A stretch of 64,000 bases of DNA from sequence record ON529860.1; one strand, given 5' to 3'. Shown here in pieces: positions 19,265-27,020 of the stretch. The position numbers were made by a program, and so were the translations under genes. The notes under the pieces were generated by a model. It saw nothing but the letters and a program-made list of their open reading frames with translations, did not search any database and had not been told where the DNA came from. Every line of letters starts with the position of its first letter. Positions within the stretch are counted from its first letter, which is position 1.

Positions 19265-19825
19265 TCAGACGTCGAAGTCGCCGTATTGCGTCCCGCACTG
19301 GACGATTTCGCCGGTGGCGTCATCCCAGTGGATGCGGTTCAGGCGCAGCTTGTTGCCGGTGCGGGCGTGGGTCCATTCCACCTGACAGGTGATCATGTCG
19401 TCGAAGATCGCCGAGGGCTCGCCGTATTGCGACCAGTCCACGCCGCCCCGGTCGTCAACCTGCTGCTTGGCGTCGGACAGGATGCGGGCCAGCACCTCGG
19501 GCATCAGGCGGCCGGGCGCCTTCTTGAGGCCGTAGGCGCCGCGTCCGTTGTTCGCCATATTGCTGAAGTTGCTGAAGTCCTGCGTGTAGTTCTCGACCTC
19601 GACCGACCCCGGCTGGGGCAGGTCATACATGAGGTCCGACAGCATGTCGCCGACCGTATAGGTCTCGGTGGCGGCGTCCAGCTTGTCGGCCAATTCGGCG
19701 CCCTCGTCGCCCGGCTGGACATAGAGTTCGGCGCCGTCAGCGCGGCGCGCCAGGACGCCGCCCATCGAATCACGCCACGCCTTGAACGCGCCGTCATCGC
19801 TTTCCCAGGTGGGGGCCTTGCTCAT
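19265..19825 (-). CDS. hypothetical protein, 186 aa
   Basis: ATGA coupling, GAGGAGG RBS. Confidence 0.8.
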   Translation of the reverse strand: MSKAPTWESDDGAFKAWRDSMGGVLARRADGAELYVQPGDEGAELADKLDAATETYTVGDMLSDLMYDLPQPGSVEVENYTQDFSNFSNMANNGRGAYGLKKAPGRLMPEVLARILSDAKQQVDDRGGVDWSQYGEPSAIFDDMITCQVEWTHARTGNKLRLNRIHWDDATGEIVQCGTQYGDFDV

Positions 19826-20238
19826 GCCTCGGCCTCCTCTTCGACTTCGGCATAGGCGCTGGGGATGCGCTTGTTCGTGTGGTCGCAGAACAGATCAGGG
19901 TCCTCATAGTTGATCTGGACGCTGTCGAGGCGCCAGCCGGTCGAGGCGTCGTGCAGGTGGTCGTCACAGACCAGCGTGAAGTTCGCCTGCACCGCGTCGA
20001 ACGACAGGGCGACGCCGTCGCGGGTGGCGAAATAGAGCGGATAGCCGCCGAGGTCCGTGTAAGGCCCGGCGCGCAGCGCGGCCTTGACCTGCTGAAGCGC
20101 CTTGACCGGATCGGCGTCGAAGCGGGCGGCCGAACCCTTATAGGCGGCGCGCAGCGGCTTGGCGGTTCCCCAGCCGGGCTGGCGGGTGTCGTAGAGGGCG
20201 CCATCGGACGAGGCGAAAAGGTGGGCGGGCAATGTCAT
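19822..20238 (-). CDS. conserved phage hypothetical protein, 138 aa (GGYPLYF...DLFCDHT motif)
   Basis: RBS, promoter at 20284. Confidence 0.8.
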   Translation of the reverse strand: MTLPAHLFASSDGALYDTRQPGWGTAKPLRAAYKGSAARFDADPVKALQQVKAALRAGPYTDLGGYPLYFATRDGVALSFDAVQANFTLVCDDHLHDASTGWRLDSVQINYEDPDLFCDHTNKRIPSAYAEVEEEAEA

Positions 20239-20401
20239 GGGGTCTCCTCCCGTTGCTGACCCTCCCTGTATCGCATGAAGTTCTTAACAACAAGTTAACG
20301 CCGCGTTTTATTTCCGGCGGCGGGCGTTAACCTTAACGCGCTGTTAAGGTTAACGCGAGCCGGTCGCAGGAAAACGCCCGGCCGAAGCCGGGCGCTTGTG
20401 T

Positions 20402-20812
20402 TCAGCCCTCGCCCGCTTCCCAGAGCGCGACGCCGCAGCCGTAGCCCAGGGCGTAGGCCGCGTAACGGGCCGTGCCGGATTCGTATTTCGGTCGGCCGAA
20501 CCAGTCGTTATGTCGCGCCATGTCTTTAGGCGCGGCATGGGAGGCGTCCCGCCCTTCACCGAAAATCATCGCCAGCAGGTAATAGTCGTCGTCGGGGGTC
20601 GTCGCGCAGGCGGCGACGATCAGGTCGTAGAACTTGCGGGACAGACCTTTCATCAGGGGGAACTCAGGGATCAGCGCGACGGTGGTCGTGCGGTAGCGGG
20701 TGTGACCCTGGTCCCAGCGGTAGGCCTCGGCCGATCCGCTTTCGTAGGGGTTGTCCCACCAGTTGACGCCTGCACGGGCGGCGGCGAGGCCTTCGCGCCA
20801 GATCGGGTCCAT
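20402..20812 (-). CDS. hypothetical protein, 136 aa
   Basis: Coupled ORF, hairpin after stop. Confidence 0.75.
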   Translation of the reverse strand: MDPIWREGLAAARAGVNWWDNPYESGSAEAYRWDQGHTRYRTTTVALIPEFPLMKGLSRKFYDLIVAACATTPDDDYYLLAMIFGEGRDASHAAPKDMARHNDWFGRPKYESGTARYAAYALGYGCGVALWEAGEG

Positions 20813-21057
20813 CAGGCGCCGATCCGGTGGGCCGGGCAGAAGCCCGTCACGACCTTGACGCGACCGCGCTTGAAGCCGGGGCGCAGGGCGCGCGCCGAGC
20901 GTTCGGCGTCGGCGGTCTTCATGTGACCGCAGGCGCAGGACGCGCCGGGGTCGCGGGTCTGGGCCTCGCGCACCTTGTCGGCGCCGGCCTGTGTGCCGAG
21001 CCAGCCGCAGAAGGGCTCGCCGCCGACCGTGATGTGAGCGGGTTGGGTGTTCGTCAT
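20812..21057 (-). CDS. hypothetical Cys-containing protein, 81 aa
   Basis: AGGAGG RBS. Confidence 0.7.
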   Translation of the reverse strand: MTNTQPAHITVGGEPFCGWLGTQAGADKVREAQTRDPGASCACGHMKTADAERSARALRPGFKRGRVKVVTGFCPAHRIGA

Positions 21058-21066
21058 CGGGGCCTC

Positions 21067-21264
21067 CTATAGGTTCAGGGCGGCGTCGAACGCCTGGGAT
21101 TGCAGTTTCTTGGCGGCTTCGGCCTCGGCGGGGTAGAGCCGGGCCAGGCCGTCAAAGCGTTCTTTCTGATGCGAGCGCTCGCCCTCGGCGGCGGTCATAT
21201 GCATGACCTCGCCCCACAGGTGGGCCATTTCGAGGATCAGGACAGAGCGGCGGGAAGCGTTCAT
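21067..21264 (-). CDS. hypothetical protein, 65 aa
   Basis: AAGGAG RBS, promoter at 21306. Confidence 0.7.
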   Translation of the reverse strand: MNASRRSVLILEMAHLWGEVMHMTAAEGERSHQKERFDGLARLYPAEAEAAKKLQSQAFDAALNL

Positions 21265-21316
21265 GGCGGTCTCCTTGTTGACCTCGCCACCCTAGCAGAG
21301 AGGTCTTAACAAGAGG

Positions 21317-21793
21317 TTAACAGCGGCGAAGCATTTCGCGCATCAGGGCTTCCTCGTTGCGGGCGATGTCCAGCGCGGCGCGGTCGTGGCCTTGCTCATG
21401 CGCCTGCTTGGCCTGCTGTCGGCAGATGTCCTGGCGCTTGCGGATGTCGGCCTCCGACAGGGTGCGGAACAGGGCGTCGGCCTCCTGATCGACCTTGACG
21501 GTCCAGTGCTGCTGCGATTCGTCGTCGGCGCGGAGATGGGCGGGGAAGTAGAGGTCCGCCACGTCCTGTGCGAAGAACGACCCGTCGTTGCCGATCTTGA
21601 GCAGTTCGGCCTCGACCTCGACCGGCGCGATCTCTTCGGCGGCGACGACCGTATAGGCGCCGATCCCGTCGCCGTCGGTGATGAAGTGGGCGATGTCCGC
21701 CAGCGTCATGTCCGCGACCAGCCGCTCGGCGGCGGCGGTGTCGGCGGCGTGATACACGACCAGGGAGAGTGTCGTCTTGATGATCTTGGGCAT
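21317..21793 (-). CDS. hypothetical protein, 158 aa
   Basis: AAGGAG RBS, promoter at 21835; stop inside CtrA box. Confidence 0.8.
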   Translation of the reverse strand: MPKIIKTTLSLVVYHAADTAAAERLVADMTLADIAHFITDGDGIGAYTVVAAEEIAPVEVEAELLKIGNDGSFFAQDVADLYFPAHLRADDESQQHWTVKVDQEADALFRTLSEADIRKRQDICRQQAKQAHEQGHDRAALDIARNEEALMREMLRRC

Positions 21794-21927
21794 GGGGTCT
21801 CCTTTGCGACTGATCCTGTTCTAGCAGTGATTCGTTAACAAGAGGTTAACGCGGCGCGCGGTAGTCCGGGGCGTTAACCTTAACAGGGTCAGGCCGGAAA
21901 ACGCCCCGGCCGAAGCCGGGGCGCGGT

Positions 21928-22818
21928 TCAGCCGATCCGCTCCTTCTTGAGGTGGTAGGACCGTCCGTGGGTCATCAGGGTGCGGAACCCGCCCAACCGG
22001 GTCTCGCCCGGCGCTGGGCTGACGACATAGACCGGATCAAGGAAGTCGTCGTTCCAGCGGATCACGTCGTCGAACGACTGGGGCGTATGCAGCACGACCT
22101 TATAGGGTTCGCCCTCGGGCGCGACCAGATCGGTGGTGTGGTCCTCGTCGCCCCTGTAACCGAACACCGACAGGACCGCGACCGGCAGGCCGTCGTCAAG
22201 CGTCGTGAGGTCTTGCAGGGCGCGGGCCTCGGCCAGCCGCTGATGCGGTTCATAGAGGGCGCAGTCGCGCTTGAGCAGATCGGCGCGCAAGGCGACGACG
22301 CGCTGGGGCGTCAGGTCCAGAGCCGCGCAGGCCCCGATGACGACGCCGTAGATGAAGCCGAGTTCGTGCTGCGTGAGTGACACCATGCCGTCCATTCCCG
22401 CCGTCGCGACCTCCTGATTTTTCAGGCCGAACGCCGCCAGGGCGCCGGCGACGTCGCGGCACTCCTGCCGGGTCGGGGCGGTCTTGGACTCGATGTGAAG
22501 GCGCAGGGTTTCGCGGGCCTTCATCAGGTCCACAATCGCCAGCGACAGGCCGGTGTAGCGGCCGTCTTCGACCGGGGCGGGCTTGGGCTTCGGGGCCGGG
22601 TAGGTCTCGACGCACAGCAGGCGGGCGCGGGTTTCCTCGACCGTATAGACCTCGACCTGATAGGTCATGCCAAGCGCCGCGCGTAGTTCGTTGCGGATCG
22701 CCAGACCGGCTTCGGGGTCGGTGGTGGTCAGGCGCAGTTCGCCGATCCGGCGGTCCTCGCCCTTGGCGGGGTGGCGGCGCGACAGTTCAAGGCGCAGGTC
22801 GTAGGGGGCGTCTGTCAT
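21928..22818 (-). CDS. hypothetical protein, 296 aa
   Basis: RBS, promoter at 22861. Confidence 0.8.
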   Translation of the reverse strand: MTDAPYDLRLELSRRHPAKGEDRRIGELRLTTTDPEAGLAIRNELRAALGMTYQVEVYTVEETRARLLCVETYPAPKPKPAPVEDGRYTGLSLAIVDLMKARETLRLHIESKTAPTRQECRDVAGALAAFGLKNQEVATAGMDGMVSLTQHELGFIYGVVIGACAALDLTPQRVVALRADLLKRDCALYEPHQRLAEARALQDLTTLDDGLPVAVLSVFGYRGDEDHTTDLVAPEGEPYKVVLHTPQSFDDVIRWNDDFLDPVYVVSPAPGETRLGGFRTLMTHGRSYHLKKERIG

Positions 22819-22871
22819 CGGTGTCTCCCGTGGTTGAGCGTCTGGTGTAGCCGAGATTCGTTAACAAGAGG

Positions 22872-23063
22872 TTAACGCGGCGTGTTTTTCTCGATCCAGG
22901 TTTCGGCGGCGCGGCGCGTCTGGCGCATGGCGGCGAAGGTGTGGCGCACCTTCCCGTCCGGTCCCGGCGGCGGCACGAACTCGCCCGCGCTGACGATGGC
23001 GTAGTAGGGGCCGTGACCGGAGAAGAAGTCGTAGTATTCGACGACGCGGTGCGGGGGTTCCAT
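22872..23063 (-). CDS. hypothetical protein, 63 aa
   Basis: AAGGAGG RBS; stop inside CtrA box. Confidence 0.7.
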   Translation of the reverse strand: MEPPHRVVEYYDFFSGHGPYYAIVSAGEFVPPPGPDGKVRHTFAAMRQTRRAAETWIEKNTPR

Positions 23064-23098
23064 CGGGCCTCCTTGGCAGGGGTTGTGTCGGGCTGGGC

Positions 23099-23458
23099 TC
23101 AGCTTAGGCGGGCGAGGATTTCGTCGTTCGTCATGGTGTCCATCAGGGCCTGGACCCGCTGGGCCTTTTCATCCTCGACCGCCTGGGCCGCCGTCTTGGC
23201 GCGGCGATGCTCGGCCAGCGCCGCCTTGCCGGCCTCGGTGGTCTCCGGGTCGATGGTCATGTAAAGGCTGACCTCGCGGCCCTGACGGTCCACGAAGGTC
23301 AGGCTTCCAGACGGCCGCACCTTGACGGTGAAGTGATGCTTGACCAGACGCTCGGCGGTCTCCTGACCGAAGTCGCCGCCGAAGCAGCCGCCCGCCGCCT
23401 TGACGGTGTTGTCGCTCTTGAGCCGGGTGTGATAGCCGATGTTCTTATGGGCGTGCAT
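23099..23458 (-). CDS. hypothetical protein, 119 aa
   Basis: AAGGAG RBS before MHAHKNIG. Confidence 0.75.
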   Translation of the reverse strand: MHAHKNIGYHTRLKSDNTVKAAGGCFGGDFGQETAERLVKHHFTVKVRPSGSLTFVDRQGREVSLYMTIDPETTEAGKAALAEHRRAKTAAQAVEDEKAQRVQALMDTMTNDEILARLS

Positions 23459-23468
23459 GGGGCGCTCC

Positions 23469-23807
23469 TTAGAAGGGAATGTCGTCGTCGAACGACGGGG
23501 GCGGGGCGTAGGTCTGGGCGGCGCGCGCGCGGCGGGCGGCGTCCATCTCGGCGCGCTCCTCGTCCGTCGCGCTCCAATACTCGTCGTCTTCCGGGTGGGC
23601 GCCGGGCTCGCCGCGATAGTGCGGGTTCTTGACCCACGCATCCAGCGGATGCAGCAGCCATTCCTGATCCGGGACCTCGCGGCCTTCCGTGTGCGCGAAG
23701 CCCGACACGGCCAGGCTCATGTATTCGCCCTGGCTCAGCGACTCCATCGCCAGAGCGTCTTCCTTTTCGCGGCGGGCCTCTTCGGCCATTTCGATCACAT
23801 CGCGCAT
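23469..23807 (-). CDS. hypothetical acidic protein, 112 aa
   Basis: AAGGAG RBS, promoter at 23849. Confidence 0.75.
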   Translation of the reverse strand: MRDVIEMAEEARREKEDALAMESLSQGEYMSLAVSGFAHTEGREVPDQEWLLHPLDAWVKNPHYRGEPGAHPEDDEYWSATDEERAEMDAARRARAAQTYAPPPSFDDDIPF

Positions 23808-23983
23808 CGGCGTCTCTCCTTGTGAGCCCCCTTTATGCCAGACAGAAGTTAACAACAAGTTAACGCCGACGCTTTTCTGCATTTTCTTCGGGCGGCGGCT
23901 GCGGGCGTTAACCTTAACGGCGTGTTAAGGTTAACGGTCGGGGTCCAGCCTGGGAAACGGCGTCCCGGAACGGGACGCCTCTC

Positions 23984-24052
23984 CTAGAAGGTGAGCAGGA
24001 TGACCAGCAGGGCCAGAAAGAGGCGGGAGGCGCCGGCCAGCTTGTCGATCAA
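23984..24052 (-). CDS. small single-TM peptide, 22 aa (MIDKLAGASRLFLALLVILLTF)
   Basis: TTG overlaps upstream TGA; hairpin follows. Confidence 0.5.
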   Translation of the reverse strand: MIDKLAGASRLFLALLVILLTF

Positions 24053-24519
24053 GTCGCGTTGTCCGCCTTCATCGCCGCGCACAGGGTCTCGACCAGCCGC
24101 TTGTGGCGCGCCAGAGCGGCGGGGTCCGTGCGGTCGCCTTGGAAGGGGACCAGCACCAGAGGTGTGGCCGAGGGGTCCAGCGCCCAGAAGATTTCCGTCT
24201 CGCCGTCCGTCATCTGGTAGGTGAAGACGTTCAGGTCGGCTGGGGCGTGGTCGAGGAAATAGACGCGTCCGTTGAACCGGGCGTTGAAGGGCTGTTCCGG
24301 CGTCGCCAAGTCGATCTCAGCCAGCACGGCGTCGCGCACGGCGTCAATCGGGTGGACGCCGTCTTCGCTGGTTTCATCAGGACGGGATTCGGCCTCGGCC
24401 TCCGCGTCGCGCTTGATGTCCTCGACCACGGCGGCGCGCGCCTCCTCCCAAGTCGCGCTGGCGCTGGGCTCCTCGTCGGGCATGAAGCCCGAGACGTTCG
24501 ATCCGGTCACATAAGGCAT
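24049..24519 (-). CDS. hypothetical protein, 156 aa
   Basis: RBS, promoter at 24567. Confidence 0.75.
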   Translation of the reverse strand: MPYVTGSNVSGFMPDEEPSASATWEEARAAVVEDIKRDAEAEAESRPDETSEDGVHPIDAVRDAVLAEIDLATPEQPFNARFNGRVYFLDHAPADLNVFTYQMTDGETEIFWALDPSATPLVLVPFQGDRTDPAALARHKRLVETLCAAMKADNAT

Positions 24520-24671
24520 CGGGGTCTCCCTTGTTGATGCGAGGCTGCAATCTACCCGACGAGGTCTTAACAAAAAGTTAACAGCGACGCAATCGCTTTT
24601 CTTCGCGGCGTTAACCTCTTGTTAACTTCTTCGTGGGATAAGGGACAGGTCAACAACACAGGAGATCGCCG

Positions 24672-24917
24672 ATGGGCGAAGTCATCCCGCACCGCGTCTG
24701 GCGCAACACCCGGACCGAACGCACCGCTGGCGTGTTCGGCGCCGTGCCTTGGGTCTCGGACGCGGAGAAGCATGAATGGGAACTGGTCACGGTCGGCTGG
24801 ACCGTCCGCCACCCGGACGGCACGACCGGGGTCGGCCGCTTCGCCTTCCAGACGAAGGACGAGGCGCAGGCTTGGGTCGATAAGAATCCCAACTTCCCCG
24901 GCATGAGCCAAGGCTAG
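24672..24917 (+). CDS. hypothetical protein, 81 aa
   Basis: AGGAG RBS; inverted copy of the CtrA promoter at 24611; hairpin after stop. Confidence 0.8.
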   Translation: MGEVIPHRVWRNTRTERTAGVFGAVPWVSDAEKHEWELVTVGWTVRHPDGTTGVGRFAFQTKDEAQAWVDKNPNFPGMSQG

Positions 24918-25167
24918 TCACAGGGGCGTCGGTCGCAAGGCCGGCGCCCTTCGTTGTTGCGACCCGCTCGCGTTAACCTTAACAGAGCGTTAACCTTAAT
25001 GCCCCTGCCCGCTCTAGGGGTATGACCGGGTATGACCAGGTCATACCGGGGCGGATTCCCGCTGAAAATCACCCGAATTTGCCGAATTGCGCTCGAAATC
25101 GCCGGATTTTGACCCTAAATCACTGTTTTTACTAGATTTTTCGGGTTTTCTGGCGGTCCAGAGGCCG

Positions 25168-25320
25168 TTAACCTTAACGGGGCGTTAACCTTAACGCGGT
25201 TTTGGTTAACGGGGCATTAACCTTAACGCCTGGATGGTTAACGAGGCGTTAACCTTAACGCGGTGATGGTTAACGGGCCGTTTACCTTGACGGCGGGAGG
25301 GTTAACGGCCCCAGGGTTAA
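25168..25320. repeat. dense TTAA half-site array, 32-bp period (TTAA-N7-TTAA-N2-TTAA-N11)
   Basis: N7 pairs start at 25174,25206,25238,25270. Confidence 0.9.
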
Positions 25321-25329
25321 TCGGGGCGG

Positions 25330-25533
25330 CGTCAAATCGCGCTCCCGTCAAATTCGGCCGGCGTCAAATCGAAACGGCGTCAAGTCAAATCTGTCGCGTT
25401 GAAGCGCGCTCGCGTCAAATCGGCCGATCGTCAAATCGCGCTCGCGTCAAATCCAGATCGCGTCAAATTCGCGGGGCGTCAAATCGCGCTCCCGTCAAAT
25501 CGATCGCGCGTCAAATCGGCGAGGCGTCAAGTC
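25330..25533. repeat. 16-bp-period CGTCAAAT array (about 13 units)
   Basis: GTCAA(A/G)T at 25331,25347,25363,25379 then 25414,25430,25446,25462,25478,25494,25510,25526; includes one copy of the 36-bp unit from 7.7 kb. Confidence 0.95.
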
Positions 25534-25766
25534 GACCGGGCGGCCTGAAGCGGGCCGGCGTCCAGTCGGGCTGCCAGGGCGCGCCCGAGCGGGCTTGCGC
25601 GGCGCTCCGCCTCCCAGGGAGGACACCTGGAAGAAACGGCCTGAAGCGCGCCCTGGCGCCTCTTTCTAACCTGAGCCGGGGCAGGGTCAAGCCGAACAGG
25701 GTCGAGAAGGCCGTTTTCCGGGCCGTGGAGCGCCCTGGCGCGGGCGGGGCGACCGCAGGGCCGCTG

Positions 25767-26216
25767 GAGTCACGAAACCCATCCACGGGCCGGAAAACCA
25801 GCCAGGACGGGCGATTGTCAGTCACGATACCCACCATCTGTGACTCTGCCGGGATTTTTGTCAGTCACGAAACCCGGAGGCGGGCTTCGCCGGCGATCCT
25901 GGCGCCCAGGCGGATCAGTGTCAGCGGTTGTGTCAATGCGGGACACAATAAGGCGGGATTAGGGCGAAATGGGATTTCAGGGCGGAGTCACGTTTGCCGA
26001 AACGGGCGCTCGGGACTTCTGTTGATTTCATTGAGGTTTTTCGCCGGAGCCGGGCGTTTTGGAGTCACGATTGCCGTTGTGCGGTGCAGCAATGCGCCGG
26101 ATTTGAGCGGGTCCAGGCGGGGCGAAACAGAGTCACGTTTTCCTAAGCTGTTGGGTTCATTACGCTTTTTAGGGTGGGCCAGCACCTGAGTCACGTTTGA
26201 CACGAACGATGACTCC
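25767..26216. repeat. GAGTCACGWWWNCC motif cluster
   Basis: Copies near 25767,25820,25863,25985,26062,26130,26188; two form N14 palindromes. Confidence 0.85.
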
Positions 26217-26295
26217 GTCAGCCGAGGCGCAAAAACAGGCAAAATCACAGTAAAATCAGTGATTTAGGGGCGTTTTTCGGGATTTAGGGGTGAAA

Positions 26296-26478
26296 TTAGC
26301 GGCGATTCCGGTGAAATCGGTCGATGGCGGTGTCGTGAGGGGCTTGCCGCCCGTCAAAACGCCCTGCACGCTCCCGATGACGCCGTTTGCGCTCCCAGGG
26401 ACCGGGCCAGATGATCTGGACGGTCCAGACCAGCAGCAGGAGGAACACAAAGGCCCCCATGACGATCGCTACCCACAT
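26296..26478 (-). CDS. small membrane protein, 60 aa
   Basis: GGAGAG RBS; N-terminal TM helix, basic tail. Confidence 0.55.
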   Translation of the reverse strand: MWVAIVMGAFVFLLLLVWTVQIIWPGPWERKRRHRERAGRFDGRQAPHDTAIDRFHRNRR

Positions 26479-26509
26479 CGCGCGCTCTCCGTGACCTGGT
26501 GAATGACCA

Positions 26510-26714
26510 GGGTCCCCGCCGGATGAATCTGGAGGGTCCCCCGACCGAAAATTCGCCAGGGTCCCTGGACGAAAAATTCCAAAGGGTCCCCGGCCGTTAA
26601 TTCAGCAGGGTCCCCCGGTCGAAAAATCCCGAGGGGTCCCCGCGTTGAATTCGCCAGGGTCCCTGGGCGATGAATCCAGACGGGTCCCCGGTCCAGAAAA
26701 TCCGGAAGGGTCCC
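26510..26714. repeat. 9 x about 25-bp AATT/AATC...AGGGTCCC array
   Basis: GGGTCCC at 26510,26534,26559,26584,26608,26634,26657,26682,26708. Confidence 0.95.
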
Positions 26715-27020
26715 CGCAGGCTATCACGGTCGGGCCGGCGCCGCCATGGGCGCGCGGCGTTAACCTTAATGGCGCGTTAACCATGCCTGTTAAGGTTAAC
26801 GCGGGGCCGGCCGCCGTTAACCCTCTGATCGTTAAGGTTAATGCCGCCGGGTGGCTGGCGCGAGATCGTTGACAGGGGACTCAGTTGGTCTGTCGCACTT
26901 ATGACACAGTCCGAGGGCGCCGTTGTCTGTCAACAAATCGCGTCTGGAATGCGCTTCCAGCGGAGCCCCGATTTTGAACCCTCTCCTATTCTTTCATGGA
27001 TCATATCCCAACATCCAAAG

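Larger units (their letters stand above)
469..24625. promoter_or_regulatory. array of CtrA-box promoters (TTAA-N7-TTAA-N11-TAnnnT)
   Basis: Perfect boxes start at 469,1030,1499,2194,2533,3055,4193,4955,5694,6125,6596,7416,9263,9926,10764,11657,12115,13189,14034,14916,15549,16311,17394,17994,18531,19153,20284,21306,21835,22861,23849,24567 (minus-oriented) and 24611 (plus-oriented); degenerate copy at 5209. Each lies shortly upstream of an RBS and start codon and matches the Caulobacter CtrA consensus TTAA-N7-TTAAC. Confidence 0.85.

Noticed and set aside
469-24625. Integron attC sites
   Set aside because: The GTTAAC-based repeats do not fit RYYYAAC...GTTRRRY with paired L boxes, and no integron integrase is present; the CtrA consensus explains them better.
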